Virus record (IMG/VR): IMGVR_UViG_3300037502_002621 | Location: 577 to 64,576 of that record | DNA: 64,000 nt | Strand: one strand, 5' to 3' | DNA from: a virus | Taxonomy: Duplodnaviria > Caudoviricetes | Shown here: piece by piece, positions 46,006 to 57,456 of the stretch | How positions within the stretch are numbered: position 1 is the first letter of the stretch | Layout of the letters: every line of letters starts with the position of its first letter | Position numbers and translations under genes: made by a program | Notes under the pieces: model-generated | Database searches by the model: none | What the model was told of the DNA's origin: nothing | What the model saw: only the letters and a program-made list of their open reading frames with translations

Positions 46006-48711
46006 CTATATTTTCCAGTTGTTAATGTAAATGGTAATATCGTCATTATCGCCCATTGTATAATCGTTGATCGCAAATAAGAACTTGACCGTTGTGCCAT
46101 CGGTGGCATAGATACCAACATTGGTTATGGCACTTGTGTTGCGTGTGCCACTATATGTGCTAAACAAATCTAAATCTAATCTTGTCGCACTTACACGAGT
46201 AATATCAACACGCTTGTTGGTTGATGAACTTGGGGCATTATCGGTGTATAACTTATTGGCATTTTCGGGTGTAAATCTTGTCGTATTGTTGATAATGTAA
46301 TGGTATCGTAATGTTCCAGTAAAAGTTGAGAACAAATCATTACCAACAATAATGTTGCCATTTGCGTTATAATCATCGTTTGCTTGTAGCATATATTCAA
46401 ATACGGGTATTTCAAATGCGTCTTTATCATAAGTATTTTCGGTAATCTTAACGGAATAATTGCCTTGTGTTGAAACCGAGTTGCCATAGAAGTTATCTGG
46501 AACTTGGGTTAAATCGGTAAAAGGAATAATTGGGTCAGGTGTATAAGTGCTATTGTAATGTGCGATTGCGTCCGTTAAATCATCGGTGTCTAATAAGAAA
46601 AACTCATAGGCACTTGACTTACCAACGCTATTGGTATAAACGATTGGTGTTTGAACATAAGTCGCACCAGTGGAATCTAAACGATAACCAAGCACATTGT
46701 TATCTTGATAGTTAATGTTAAACAACTTTGCTTTGTGTAAATCAAAGATAGAACCATTGGCAACATGTCGCACAATTTCGGTTGTAATCGAAGTTGGTTT
46801 ATATCGCCATTCGGCTATGGTGGTAAAATCAAAATCTGTTCCTGCCAAAGAACCATTGAACACAAGTGCTTTGGACATTGGTAAATATGGTGTATCTTTT
46901 GGTGTAATGTTAGTTAAAGATAATTCAATATAATCTTTGTATAATTGGTTTCGATAAACCAAGTTATCATCAGGTATCTTATAAGTGATAACGGAACTGT
47001 CTGCGACTATGTTTTCGGAACGACCAATGCGATTACGAGATAATGTATAAACCACATTGTAATATTCGTTGCCATCTTTAATTGTTGCGTCAATAGACCT
47101 TTGGGTTATGACGTATAGTTGGTTGCTATCACGCACAATTTGACCAAGTGCTAAAATACTTGCCAACGATGTATAACGAGCGTTGCGTATCTTTGTGCCT
47201 TCTACGGAATCGTTAGTGTGTGAAGTGATCAAGCGTGAAACCGACAATGCGTCAATTACTTTACCATTTTGATTAAAGTATTTTTCATCTTGGGCATTGT
47301 TATCGTTATCAATGGAAACTTTAATATCGGCAACTGGGTAATATGCGACTTGAATTAAAATCTTATCGTTTGGAATTTCGTTTGCGAAAAAACCAGTTGT
47401 GCGATAAGTTGGTCTTAACCAAACTTCATTTTCGGTAATGCCATCTCTATACAAACGATATATTTTGTTATGGTCGGTTGTGCCTTCAAGCCCATTTCTA
47501 AAAGACAATGGCATAATGATTTGGTTTGTATTTGGCAACCAATGAACACTTCTATCTTTTAAGTCAGGGTATGTCGTTGTGTTTAGCGTATCAAATTCAA
47601 ACTTGTTATAAATCGTCATCTTTTTGCCAAACATTCTTATTTTAGGATTAGCACCAACCAAAGCGTTAATGTTATCATAAATAGAACTTATATCGGTTTC
47701 GCCATAATTAACTTTGAAATGTTCTAATGGTTCAGGCAACTCATCGGCAATATCTTCTTTTTGTGCCGTTGAATAACCACCAAAACTTGTGGAAACAATT
47801 AAGTCATACCATTCTTGGCGACTTAAATAATAACCACTCGCAAATGTGGTTAAAATTGTGCCAGCACTACTAACAAACACAAGTTCCATCGGTGGGAAAA
47901 TACGCATAAACTCTATCTTGTCTATTTTGCTTGGCAATAAAACCTTTGCGTCTGCTTCAACATAAGTGAGTGAGTTTGGTGTAATGTTCTTAAATCCACC
48001 TTGTTTTGGCAATACAACTAAATTAGAAGATTTAGCATTTTGTATGTTAGAAACTGAGCGAGTCGTAAATTGATCGTTAGAGTTGATATTGCGTTCATAA
48101 GAAGTCGGGAATTGTGTGTTTAATGTTTCCACAATAGCCGTATCTAAACCATTACGATTAACAAATGTTAATTTTGGTTGATAACCACTACTAATATCGA
48201 CATATGCTTTGGGAATTGCGTTAATGGCTCTTGCGATGTTCTTAACGGCATTAGCGACCGTAAAGTTTTCAAAAGACATAAACGGCATTGTCTTATCTTT
48301 GTCCAAGAACGCAGGAAAAACAAATTGAACATTTAACTTAGCGATGGCAAATAGTCTTGTTAGCATTTCTTCTAAATCGTAAGTATTGGGGGCAAACGCA
48401 CAATTAGGCAAGTGTTTGTAAGCATACCATTCTAAGTATTCAACCACTTGGATTTCGTGTTCGTATTCGCCTGTGTGTAGATAAGTTGATTCGTCTGACT
48501 TAATAACCCACCAAGTGTTAGTATCGGCATGGTAGATAACCGTATTGACTTCAAATTCTTCTCGATATGTAGAATCGGTCACAACCTTGAATTTGGCATT
48601 ACTTGGTGTGTCGTTCAAATTATCTTCAATGTTAAAAATACCTGTAATGTCTAATTCAACAAGTTGGGCATTAGTTAATTTGTTGTATAAGCGAATTTTT
48701 CCGTTTGGCAT
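46006..48711 (-). CDS. Large tail/baseplate hub-like protein
   Basis: Homolog of 12831..15542. Confidence 0.6.
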   Translation of the reverse strand: MPNGKIRLYNKLTNAQLVELDITGIFNIEDNLNDTPSNAKFKVVTDSTYREEFEVNTVIYHADTNTWWVIKSDESTYLHTGEYEHEIQVVEYLEWYAYKHLPNCAFAPNTYDLEEMLTRLFAIAKLNVQFVFPAFLDKDKTMPFMSFENFTVANAVKNIARAINAIPKAYVDISSGYQPKLTFVNRNGLDTAIVETLNTQFPTSYERNINSNDQFTTRSVSNIQNAKSSNLVVLPKQGGFKNITPNSLTYVEADAKVLLPSKIDKIEFMRIFPPMELVFVSSAGTILTTFASGYYLSRQEWYDLIVSTSFGGYSTAQKEDIADELPEPLEHFKVNYGETDISSIYDNINALVGANPKIRMFGKKMTIYNKFEFDTLNTTTYPDLKDRSVHWLPNTNQIIMPLSFRNGLEGTTDHNKIYRLYRDGITENEVWLRPTYRTTGFFANEIPNDKILIQVAYYPVADIKVSIDNDNNAQDEKYFNQNGKVIDALSVSRLITSHTNDSVEGTKIRNARYTSLASILALGQIVRDSNQLYVITQRSIDATIKDGNEYYNVVYTLSRNRIGRSENIVADSSVITYKIPDDNLVYRNQLYKDYIELSLTNITPKDTPYLPMSKALVFNGSLAGTDFDFTTIAEWRYKPTSITTEIVRHVANGSIFDLHKAKLFNINYQDNNVLGYRLDSTGATYVQTPIVYTNSVGKSSAYEFFLLDTDDLTDAIAHYNSTYTPDPIIPFTDLTQVPDNFYGNSVSTQGNYSVKITENTYDKDAFEIPVFEYMLQANDDYNANGNIIVGNDLFSTFTGTLRYHYIINNTTRFTPENANKLYTDNAPSSSTNKRVDITRVSATRLDLDLFSTYSGTRNTSAITNVGIYATDGTTVKFLFAINDYTMGDNDDITIYINNWKI

Positions 48712-48720
48712 ATATGTCCT

Positions 48721-49209
48721 TTACTGGTTTTTATAAGTAATTTTACCAAATATATTCTTGCTAACTTTGTAATCTTGTCCCAATACTGTTTGCCCACTCA
48801 CTATCTTCAAATAGTTCGCTTGGTTTTCTTCTTTTGCTTTCTTTTGTTGTTCTCTAAACCAACGATCAATTTCCATAATCGCAAATTGAATTAAGATTAA
48901 ACCACCCGTAGTTGCTAACGCACCAAGTCCTTTGGTTTGTAATTCACTAAAAAAACCAACACCAGCCCGAGCAACTCGTTGTCCTTTTTCCCACCAACCA
49001 CCAGTCCATCGGTTCATCAATGGGTTAATTGGACGCATATATCGGTTGTGTTCTACACCACCACGACTACCACCGAAGTTAAATAGTCTGCCACCACCAC
49101 CACCCTTAGAACCAGCACCTTTAATGGCAACAGGGTTGCCGTTAATATCAAAATTCTTTGCTTGTTGCCCAGTCATATCTTCGACTAAGAAACGATAAAT
49201 GGTTGCCAT
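48721..49209 (-). CDS. Gly-rich structural protein
   Basis: Homolog of 15552..16040. Confidence 0.5.
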   Translation of the reverse strand: MATIYRFLVEDMTGQQAKNFDINGNPVAIKGAGSKGGGGGRLFNFGGSRGGVEHNRYMRPINPLMNRWTGGWWEKGQRVARAGVGFFSELQTKGLGALATTGGLILIQFAIMEIDRWFREQQKKAKEENQANYLKIVSGQTVLGQDYKVSKNIFGKITYKNQ

Positions 49210-50441
49210 TAGTAAGCACCCACCTTAAAAGACAAGGTTAAAGTCAAGACATCACCATTGGTGTTTTGAACACCACTTTCACTTAACTTGGCATAGAACT
49301 TATCGACAATAAGCGTCCCAAGTGAATAGCGATATTCTTTAATCGTAAAGATTTGATTCGTATATGTCGTAGCACCACTACCATAGCGAGAGAATTTGTA
49401 TAGGTCATTAAACAATGCGTTAGCACGATCATAAACAAACGAGTAATTTAATTTGTTTTGGACTGCTAAGTTTCGGTCAATAGATTGATAACCATTTGCG
49501 TATAGTTGGTATGAATCGTCATTAAGAGATAAACTTGATGGTATTTCTAATGGTTCAACATCATAAATCGTTCCTGTATCTTTGCCGACTTGTATGGTTG
49601 TTTTCACAATATCGTTGCCCAATGCCACATTGTTCTTTACAATCGTAGCCGAACCACCAAAAAATAATAACACTCGGTCTAAACCATTGTTGATAAATGG
49701 TTCATCGCTTTGAACACCATTGAACGATAAAGACACTTTGTAAATGCTATCAACTGTTCCAACTTCTGTTGCTACACCATAAGTGTATGTGACTGGACTT
49801 GCCGATGATAATGTTAAACCTCGTTGATATAACTTACCATTATACACAAACCAAAATATCGCAGGAATACCAGTGGTTGAGAATGGTGTCGTATTAGCGT
49901 AATTGTGATATTGCGTATCAACATCGTTAGACCAATCGGTTGTCGCACTTGTTGGGTTATAACTACCATTGATTGTAAAATAGTTTGGAATCGCAGTCGC
50001 ACCAAGTCTTAATTCGGGTTTATCGCTTGTGGTGTTAATCGTATTTGGTGTTAAGATTTTGCTTGTGCCATTCGTTAAAGCAACCATATCGTATTTGTTG
50101 CCACGCAAGGTATCAATTAGCGTTTTAATCTTATCTAACACATAATCACGATCACTAAGTTGAATATCAAATCGCACTTGGTATTCAAGTGGTGTAATGT
50201 AATTGGTTCTAATGTTTAAGATTTCGGCTTGACCACTTTGTGAGATAACACCCATCGCTTTGTAATTGCTAACGGACTTCTCTTGGTTTTGTAAAGCAAT
50301 CATATCTTTAATGTTTGCCACATAACGACTAACCGATTGTTCATCTTCGATTTGTTCGTAAAAAGAAGCAAGGAAAATTGTATTGTCGTTGAGTTTATCA
50401 ACGAAGATTTGTCTTAGTAAATCAATATCATATATTGCCAT
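49209..50441 (-). CDS. Putative tail protein
   Basis: Homolog of 16040..17272. Confidence 0.55.
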   Translation of the reverse strand: MAIYDIDLLRQIFVDKLNDNTIFLASFYEQIEDEQSVSRYVANIKDMIALQNQEKSVSNYKAMGVISQSGQAEILNIRTNYITPLEYQVRFDIQLSDRDYVLDKIKTLIDTLRGNKYDMVALTNGTSKILTPNTINTTSDKPELRLGATAIPNYFTINGSYNPTSATTDWSNDVDTQYHNYANTTPFSTTGIPAIFWFVYNGKLYQRGLTLSSASPVTYTYGVATEVGTVDSIYKVSLSFNGVQSDEPFINNGLDRVLLFFGGSATIVKNNVALGNDIVKTTIQVGKDTGTIYDVEPLEIPSSLSLNDDSYQLYANGYQSIDRNLAVQNKLNYSFVYDRANALFNDLYKFSRYGSGATTYTNQIFTIKEYRYSLGTLIVDKFYAKLSESGVQNTNGDVLTLTLSFKVGAY

Positions 50442-50442
50442 A

Positions 50443-51087
50443 TTATACCCCTATCATTTGTGCGACCAAATCAGACAAGTCCATTCGCATTTCTTTTGGT
50501 GCTGTTTCACGCAAAGTTAATCCCTTAGAAGATGTTAATAAGCGTAATCCACTTAATGACGCAATCTTTGGTAATTCTTTTTCTAATATGCGTTCAATGT
50601 AAGCATAATGAATGTTATAACGGAACTTAGACTTTTCGTTGCGTGTTTCGTAAGCACGATTTGTTAATCTTCTTTGTGCGTTCCAATATGAACGCTTACC
50701 CGTATTAAATGTGCCACGATATTCGGGTGTAATGTAGCCACTACTATCAACCGAACCAACAGAGTAATCACGCTTTGATAATGGTCTTACATTTGCTTGA
50801 CTGCCTTTGGAACGAATTGTGCCTTTATTGGGATTAGAAATAACTTTTGCGTCTTCCAAAATGTGATAATAAGGTGCTACTTTTTCGGCATAATCATTTC
50901 CAAGTTCAAAGTATTGAACCGTAGGTGAAACCACCACAATCGGATTATTGTTAAACGCAATATTCTTCATATGTGGTTTGAATTGCTTGGTGGGAAACTT
51001 TTTTCTATCGCTAAATGGAAAAATGTCGGAAGCACTCATTTCCGTTTTAAGTGTGACGGCTAACCGACTTGCGATATTGTTTATCAT
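50443..51087 (-). CDS. Putative neck/tail-completion protein
   Basis: Homolog of 17274..17918. Confidence 0.5.
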   Translation of the reverse strand: MINNIASRLAVTLKTEMSASDIFPFSDRKKFPTKQFKPHMKNIAFNNNPIVVVSPTVQYFELGNDYAEKVAPYYHILEDAKVISNPNKGTIRSKGSQANVRPLSKRDYSVGSVDSSGYITPEYRGTFNTGKRSYWNAQRRLTNRAYETRNEKSKFRYNIHYAYIERILEKELPKIASLSGLRLLTSSKGLTLRETAPKEMRMDLSDLVAQMIGV

Positions 51088-51416
51088 TCCAAAGTCACCT
51101 GCGTTTCTTGAACATACGATTTCATTAAATGTCTAATCTTAATATTGCCTTGCTTATACACAAATGTTTGGTTCGTCACTTGTAGCGTTAATCCATCGTG
51201 TAAAGTGATCACATCGCCTTTAACGAAGTTGTGTTCGCCCCATATACCAATCACGCAAGTTGGTTTAATCGCTTGACGATTAAATTCACTTTCAAGCGTC
51301 ATTGTTAATGGTTGAATAAAATAATAAAAAATGCGTTCGACATTGTCGTTATCGGGACTTTGCCATTTACCTTCGTGAATATATACTCTACGATCAACTA
51401 CATTAAACTTAATCAT
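51084..51416 (-). CDS. Putative head-closure protein
   Basis: Homolog of 17915..18247. Confidence 0.5.
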   Translation of the reverse strand: MIKFNVVDRRVYIHEGKWQSPDNDNVERIFYYFIQPLTMTLESEFNRQAIKPTCVIGIWGEHNFVKGDVITLHDGLTLQVTNQTFVYKQGNIKIRHLMKSYVQETQVTLE

Positions 51417-51787
51417 TTTTGGAATCCATTTACTTTTTTAAGTTTTAATCTGTTAGCAATAACGGAATCAACTTCTTGCGTAATTGGGTTTTCATCTAAG
51501 TTCAATAGATTAAATACAATTAACACTTGGGCATATCGAAATGACTTTTCTCTATCGGCAATTTTAGTCGCACTAAACGCAACACCTTCGCTATCTTCGA
51601 CCAGTTTATCGTATATATCGCTTTCAATATCAATATCGGGGTTTAAGTCAAAGATACGAGTGACTAATTGTTCATATGCCGTATTTAACAACGCACCAAC
51701 GGCATTATCTTCAAGATAATCTTTGGGAACAATTCCATATTCTTGTAAATCGTTTTCGGTGATAATGTAATCTTTTAATGTTGGCAT
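51413..51787 (-). CDS. Putative head-tail adaptor
   Basis: Homolog of 18244..18618. Confidence 0.55.
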   Translation of the reverse strand: MPTLKDYIITENDLQEYGIVPKDYLEDNAVGALLNTAYEQLVTRIFDLNPDIDIESDIYDKLVEDSEGVAFSATKIADREKSFRYAQVLIVFNLLNLDENPITQEVDSVIANRLKLKKVNGFQK

Positions 51788-51830
51788 ATTTTAGTCCTAC
51801 CTATATGTAATTATATCATTTATAAAAAAC

Positions 51831-51859
51831 AAAAAAGGTTGTCTTACGACAACCCTTTT
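51831..51859. terminator. Bidirectional intrinsic terminator
   Basis: Same hairpin as 18662..18690. Confidence 0.85.
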
Positions 51860-51880
51860 GTTATAATATAGGATTTAAGA

Positions 51881-52753
51881 TTAAGCCCCTGCTGCTTCGG
51901 TGAACTTCATCGCATACGAGTCGATGACTAAGATTGAAGGTTCAGAACCATGTGCTAATGGCAAGACTAATTCGCCTTGAACACGCACACCGATAAATCC
52001 TTCTGCTTCAACAGTTCTTAATGCTTGGAGAGCATATGGGAACGCAACACCTTCGTAGTTCAATAAAATGAAATCAACACCAGTCACATGTTGGGAAACC
52101 ACAACATTTAGACCGAATAATTGACCGATAGTGCCAGGCAACGCACCTTGACCACTAAATAAGTCTTTGAAACTTGGGTCTTGACGCATTAACTTTTCAC
52201 CAGCCGTTCCAAGAACGATCGTGGTTGGAACAATACCATTCGTTGCGTTGGAGAATGTGGTATCAACGACACCATCAATCTTAGCAGACGAACCTAATTT
52301 GAATGTAGCAATACCTTCTGCGATGGCATCAACTAAGTCTAAACCATTCGTATAGGTTTTTGCTTGAGCAAGTCCGAGCAACGCAGTAAAGAATAATTCC
52401 CCTGCTTTGTTTGCCATTCTTAACGCACCTTTAGCAACAACATCAGCAACGATGTCGGCTTGGATTGTGTCGATAGCGACTTGTGGGACTTTTTCATCGA
52501 ACTTAATGTTTCTTTCTAAAACGATGGTTGCTTTCTTGGTTCCGACATTGGAAGTTCCAAAGTCATCACCAGCAGTTCCTACTTCGACAGCAGGAGCAAG
52601 GTTATACCAAAATTCGGCAACATTTGCTTGGATTAAACCAGCGAGTTCGGGCTTGACGGTGACACCACCGATAATCCCTGAGATTGGGGCGATCGTTTGT
52701 AATACGACATTAGTCGCAACGGTATCGCCTAAATATGATTTTGAGAATGCCAT
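51881..52753 (-). CDS. Major capsid protein
   Basis: Homolog of 18715..19584. Confidence 0.8.
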   Translation of the reverse strand: MAFSKSYLGDTVATNVVLQTIAPISGIIGGVTVKPELAGLIQANVAEFWYNLAPAVEVGTAGDDFGTSNVGTKKATIVLERNIKFDEKVPQVAIDTIQADIVADVVAKGALRMANKAGELFFTALLGLAQAKTYTNGLDLVDAIAEGIATFKLGSSAKIDGVVDTTFSNATNGIVPTTIVLGTAGEKLMRQDPSFKDLFSGQGALPGTIGQLFGLNVVVSQHVTGVDFILLNYEGVAFPYALQALRTVEAEGFIGVRVQGELVLPLAHGSEPSILVIDSYAMKFTEAAGA

Positions 52754-52778
52754 AGTTGTTTAGTCCTCTTTTTACTTT

Positions 52779-53342
52779 CTACTTCTTCAACAAGTTCCGT
52801 AAATGTGGGTATTTCGAGATTAACCTCGCATAGACATCAGCATTTGGACTCGTTGTGGTTGGCGATTTGGGTGCTGTGCCAACAACAGCCGATTTAGTCG
52901 TTTCTTTCATATATTCCGAATATTCTTTTTTCAATGTTTTCACGACCGATTCAATTTGGTCAGGTTCAGCATTGACTAAGCGACTATCGTTTTGAAAGAA
53001 ACTTGGTAGTTCCGATTTTTGAAGTTGGTCTTTAATCAGGAATTGCTTTTTCTCAGTTTTTAGAGTGTTCAATTCGCTATTGATCGCAGTCCATTTTTCT
53101 TCTTGCTCGGCTTTGAGTGCTTCTTCGGCAGTCATTTTCGCCTTAGCGAGTTGTTTTTCAAACTTTTCTCGTTCGGCTTTTGACGCTTTATTCACTCGTT
53201 CGTCAATCGAACCTTTGATAGCGTCTAACTCACGCTTTAACGCTTCGTATTCTTCGACATTGACGGATTTTGGTGTTTCCACCTTTGGTTGCTCAACGGA
53301 TTTCGCTTCGCCACCACTAACTGCTTTGACTTCTTCTGCCAT
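52779..53342 (-). CDS. Capsid scaffolding protein
   Basis: Identical to 19610..20173, also at nucleotide level on my reading. Confidence 0.8.
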   Translation of the reverse strand: MAEEVKAVSGGEAKSVEQPKVETPKSVNVEEYEALKRELDAIKGSIDERVNKASKAEREKFEKQLAKAKMTAEEALKAEQEEKWTAINSELNTLKTEKKQFLIKDQLQKSELPSFFQNDSRLVNAEPDQIESVVKTLKKEYSEYMKETTKSAVVGTAPKSPTTTSPNADVYARLISKYPHLRNLLKK

Positions 53343-53525
53343 AAAACCTCTTTTCTACCTTGTTTAGCGAGTTGGTGTCCTCGTTTTGGCAATTCTCACG
53401 CTTTAACGACATCGTGGCAGTCGATAATGTAAAAGATTTACACTACAAGAAAATAATACCATATATTTTCAAGCACTTTTTCACAACTCTTGTAAATTAC
53501 AAACAACTATGTTAAAATGTAAAAT

Positions 53526-55028
53526 TTATTCTTCGGGATTAACTAAGTCTTGTGCTTGACCACGAGTAAAGTTGGTTTGATTATCTTGTGAATCTTGGTC
53601 TGCTAACGCTTCTTGTTGTCTTTGGAAGTTCGTTGGGTTATTACCACCATTACGCAACATTTCGGCTTGTTGATTTGGTGATGGTTCGACATCATTGAGA
53701 TATTCGTCAATGTTTCTCACCCACGATAATTGTTGGATCGCATAGCGTTTATTCAACAATCCAATTTGGTTCAATGCGACAAATTGGTTAATCTTGTCCA
53801 TGTCGTTGCTGGGAAGATTATGCGAATATTCAATTTCCATTTCGTCCATATTGAACAAATAGCGTGTGCCTTCACGACCACCATATTGTTCTACAAAGGT
53901 TAGCGTTAAGAAAATAACTTCGGAAAGACTTGCTGTAAATTGTCTTTCTTTTTCTTTTGCTAAGTCGAGAAAACCTTTAAGTTTTAATTTCAACGCAGGT
54001 TCGGAACTATTTTGTGCGAACTCGGCAGAGTTAAAATTAGGAACTCTTGAAACCATTTCGATTTGTTCATTCAAGTCATCAACCAAGCGTTGTAAGTCCG
54101 TTTGGTCTAATGCGTTTTGTAAAAACTTTGCGTCAGCGTTATCACCTTCAAGGGCAAGAACTCGTTGGTTCTTTAACATATTGATAAAATTTTCTTGTTC
54201 GGTTTCATTACCAATGCGAACATTCTTTAACATCAACACATACTTGACCATATCATCGACATTCGTAATCCGATTATTTTGTAGTGAGTTGTAAGCGTCA
54301 ATCAATTCATACACTGGTCTTGCGTCACCATACATCAATTCGTTATTCTTAAATTCGATTAACGGAACAAACGCAAAATTGTGTGGAACGGCAAATTCAA
54401 TAAGTTGTAAATCAGCAGTCGTGCCAGTCATATCGGCAAACACCGTTAAATCCGTAATGGACTTCGTGCGTAAATTATAAAACATTGTGTCGGTATAAAC
54501 ATAAGCACGATAATATGCTGTTTCGATATTGTTTAAGTATTCGGTTTGTCTAACAAGTGTAAAAGCAAATAATGGTTTTGGTTTCACATGCGTATCATAA
54601 ACGACATTCGTTAATTCAGGATCAAGTGAAACAAAGCGTGGGAATGTATCGCCTTGTTCGGTATATAACAATAAATACCCAGCACCAGCAATCGAAGCAT
54701 TTAATCCGACATTGTAAAATTCTTTTGCGAATCCACTATTGCGAATCTTTTTATTGAACTCAAATAATTTCTTGCGTTCTTTTTCTTTTTCGGAATAAGT
54801 CGTGAAGTCAGGCAATTCACCAATAAACATTTCGGTTGCCATATCGCAAATATATTTTGCTTTGTTGATGGTGTGCGTAGAGATAGGTAATTCACCACGA
54901 TAATATTTTTTATCTTTGGTGACGGTTTGAATTACATCAATCGTGTGTTGTTGTAATGCTAAACGCAAAATCTCATTAAACCGATTTTGGTCTTGTAGTT
55001 CTTCTCGGCTTACATTAAGTTTAATCAT
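53526..55028 (-). CDS. Portal protein, SPP1 Gp6-like
   Basis: Homolog of 20357..21859. Confidence 0.9.
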   Translation of the reverse strand: MIKLNVSREELQDQNRFNEILRLALQQHTIDVIQTVTKDKKYYRGELPISTHTINKAKYICDMATEMFIGELPDFTTYSEKEKERKKLFEFNKKIRNSGFAKEFYNVGLNASIAGAGYLLLYTEQGDTFPRFVSLDPELTNVVYDTHVKPKPLFAFTLVRQTEYLNNIETAYYRAYVYTDTMFYNLRTKSITDLTVFADMTGTTADLQLIEFAVPHNFAFVPLIEFKNNELMYGDARPVYELIDAYNSLQNNRITNVDDMVKYVLMLKNVRIGNETEQENFINMLKNQRVLALEGDNADAKFLQNALDQTDLQRLVDDLNEQIEMVSRVPNFNSAEFAQNSSEPALKLKLKGFLDLAKEKERQFTASLSEVIFLTLTFVEQYGGREGTRYLFNMDEMEIEYSHNLPSNDMDKINQFVALNQIGLLNKRYAIQQLSWVRNIDEYLNDVEPSPNQQAEMLRNGGNNPTNFQRQQEALADQDSQDNQTNFTRGQAQDLVNPEE

Positions 55029-56656
55029 ATTTTTATATTCGCACCCCTAAATGCCTTGTTAATTCTTTCAATGTTGCTACCTAATAAGATTTTACCACTA
55101 TTTACATAGCGTATTTCGTTAAGGTATTGAGTTGTGCTATCAACTTCGTCATCGTGGTCAGAATTTGGGAATCGCATAAACTCTTGTATATAGTCCTCGA
55201 TGGTCGAGTCAAGTTGTTCGTGTGGAACAAAAATGTTTCCTGCTTCAAAGTAAGGTGTGATAGCACTTGCTCTTTGGACTTTGGATTCATCAGGGTTAAT
55301 CGCAACGACACCACCGACTTCTTTGTTTAGCGTTTCGATGACTGCCCCACCGTTTGCTCTCTTTTCAATGTAAATTCTTCGAGCCGTTGGGTAAGTGACT
55401 GCCATTTGCTTAATCATTTCAATCGTTTCCGTAAAGGACATTCGTCTTTTAACACGCTTTAACAAATAATGATTCGCACCTTTGCGTCCCCAAACTTGTC
55501 CTGCCACATAGTCACTGGTCTTTTTGTTATCGACTGCCAAGTCCCACGATTGGACAACTTCATCAAACACAGTGGGTAAATCGCTCTTGGTGTAAAACTT
55601 AAACATATGCCGTTGGAACAAGTTTCCGTTCTCGATAGAAGGTTTGCCCATATACAAAGAGTTCCACACACGCTTACCAACCGACTTGTAAGTTGCTTCT
55701 GCCCATTGTGCGTCACGACCCAACTCAGGACATAGCATTTCGCCTTTGTTGCGTTTGAGAACATCGAAGCCACCATCGGCAACTTCGGGTATGTTAATCA
55801 CAATCCAATTTTGTTCCTTGGACAATTTACCAATCAAATCTTCTTCATGCCAACGAGTGTGGATCACAATGATTGCGTTGCCCTTGCCTTCGGCTCGTGT
55901 AAGCACAGAGTCACGAAACATCGTTTCGACATTATCTCTTATCGTAGGATTATACGCTTCTTGACCATTCTTGTATGGGTCATCAACAATAATCAAGCGA
56001 CCACCATTACCCGTAATACCACCAGTGATACCAACGGACATAATGCCACCACGATTGCCTTTGACTTCAAACAAGGACTTGTTATCTTGGGACGGTGATA
56101 TGTCCAAGTTCCATAGTTCTTTCCAATACTTTTTAGCCTTTTGCCGATTCTTGTCGCCAAAGCGTTCGGCTAATTCCGAGTTATATGCCGTTAAAATTGC
56201 CATCGAGTTAGGATTACGACCGACAAACCAAGATGGTAATGTTTCCGTAAATGTATAAGACTTACCGACTCGTGGTGGAACGCTTAAACAAATACGAACG
56301 GATTTACCTGCTTCGACTTTAAGAACAACATCTTGGACGACATTTGCCAAGAATTGATGAAACTTAGTGGGAATGAATCCTGGAATTGTATAGCGTAAAT
56401 AATCCAAATAAGATATTCTCGCATTTTCTTTTTCAAGTTCTTTGCGATAGATTTGTAGATTCTCTTCGGGTATCGCCTTACGGAACTCTAACAATTTCTT
56501 AATGCGATCATCGTCAATGATATTGTTCTTAACTTTGACTTTATCGATTTCAGTCTTGGTTTTTAAGATAGACAAATCATTTTCAACTTCTTGTTTCTCG
56601 GCATTAACCAATGCTTGTGCCAAACGACTTTCTAAGTCATTACTTTTTTTTGGCAT
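55025..56656 (-). CDS. terL: Terminase large subunit
   Basis: Homolog of 21856..23487. Confidence 0.95.
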   Translation of the reverse strand: MPKKSNDLESRLAQALVNAEKQEVENDLSILKTKTEIDKVKVKNNIIDDDRIKKLLEFRKAIPEENLQIYRKELEKENARISYLDYLRYTIPGFIPTKFHQFLANVVQDVVLKVEAGKSVRICLSVPPRVGKSYTFTETLPSWFVGRNPNSMAILTAYNSELAERFGDKNRQKAKKYWKELWNLDISPSQDNKSLFEVKGNRGGIMSVGITGGITGNGGRLIIVDDPYKNGQEAYNPTIRDNVETMFRDSVLTRAEGKGNAIIVIHTRWHEEDLIGKLSKEQNWIVINIPEVADGGFDVLKRNKGEMLCPELGRDAQWAEATYKSVGKRVWNSLYMGKPSIENGNLFQRHMFKFYTKSDLPTVFDEVVQSWDLAVDNKKTSDYVAGQVWGRKGANHYLLKRVKRRMSFTETIEMIKQMAVTYPTARRIYIEKRANGGAVIETLNKEVGGVVAINPDESKVQRASAITPYFEAGNIFVPHEQLDSTIEDYIQEFMRFPNSDHDDEVDSTTQYLNEIRYVNSGKILLGSNIERINKAFRGANIKI

Positions 56657-56876
56657 GTTCTCGGCTACTTTCTGGTGGGGTTATTTCACACGCACCATCT
56701 TCACACGCAACTTCGTGTTCATAATGCGTTGCTTCAATTAGACAACCACACTTGACGCACTTGGCATATTCCACATCGCTTTTAACGAATGGGACAAAAT
56801 CAACCCCATCACATTTAGGACATTTCGTTGTTTCAGGTGGCAAATAGACAACGGTATATTTCGTATTACTTTTCAT
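56640..56876 (-). CDS. Small zinc-ribbon protein
   Basis: Homolog of 23471..23707. Confidence 0.65.
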   Translation of the reverse strand: MKSNTKYTVVYLPPETTKCPKCDGVDFVPFVKSDVEYAKCVKCGCLIEATHYEHEVACEDGACEITPPESSREHAKKK

Positions 56877-57456
56877 CGTGTATAACCTCCCCAGTTTGGG
56901 TATCGACAATCGGTGCTTCTTTCTTCTTCACTTCCAAAGTCTTAATGGTTTCATTCTTCTCGATAATCATTAACGCTTTCTTATCAGCGTCCGACAATTC
57001 GCCAAACATCTTGGCATAATCATTCTGCTCGGACTTAGCAATATTCTTCCCATAGGTCTGTGGCACTTGATTCTCCAGTAAGAACTTCAAGGCATTGAAT
57101 CGGACATTGGGTGGGATTTCTTCTTCCAACCAAACAGGTTCGCCCTCTTTGTTTAGAATTTGTCTTTTGGTTGTTTGCTTACCAATCGCCATTTCATACA
57201 TCGACATCGACAACAAGGTATTGGCAAACTCTTTGCCCTTAACGAAGGCACCCAAGACTTCAGGGTATTTAACCGTTAATTCGTCCCATTCTTTCTTTGA
57301 TAGTGTTAAGAATTTAGCAATTTCAGCACTGGACTTACCAGAAGTTGCCCACATATAGACATTTGCCACTGTTTGTTTGATCACATTCGGTGTTGATTCG
57401 TCCGTATTGGTCGCAACAAAATCATTTGCCATATTTGATACAATCTTTTTAGCCAT
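56866..57456 (-). CDS. terS: Terminase small subunit (putative)
   Basis: Homolog of 23697..24287. Confidence 0.75.
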   Translation of the reverse strand: MAKKIVSNMANDFVATNTDESTPNVIKQTVANVYMWATSGKSSAEIAKFLTLSKKEWDELTVKYPEVLGAFVKGKEFANTLLSMSMYEMAIGKQTTKRQILNKEGEPVWLEEEIPPNVRFNALKFLLENQVPQTYGKNIAKSEQNDYAKMFGELSDADKKALMIIEKNETIKTLEVKKKEAPIVDTQTGEVIHDEK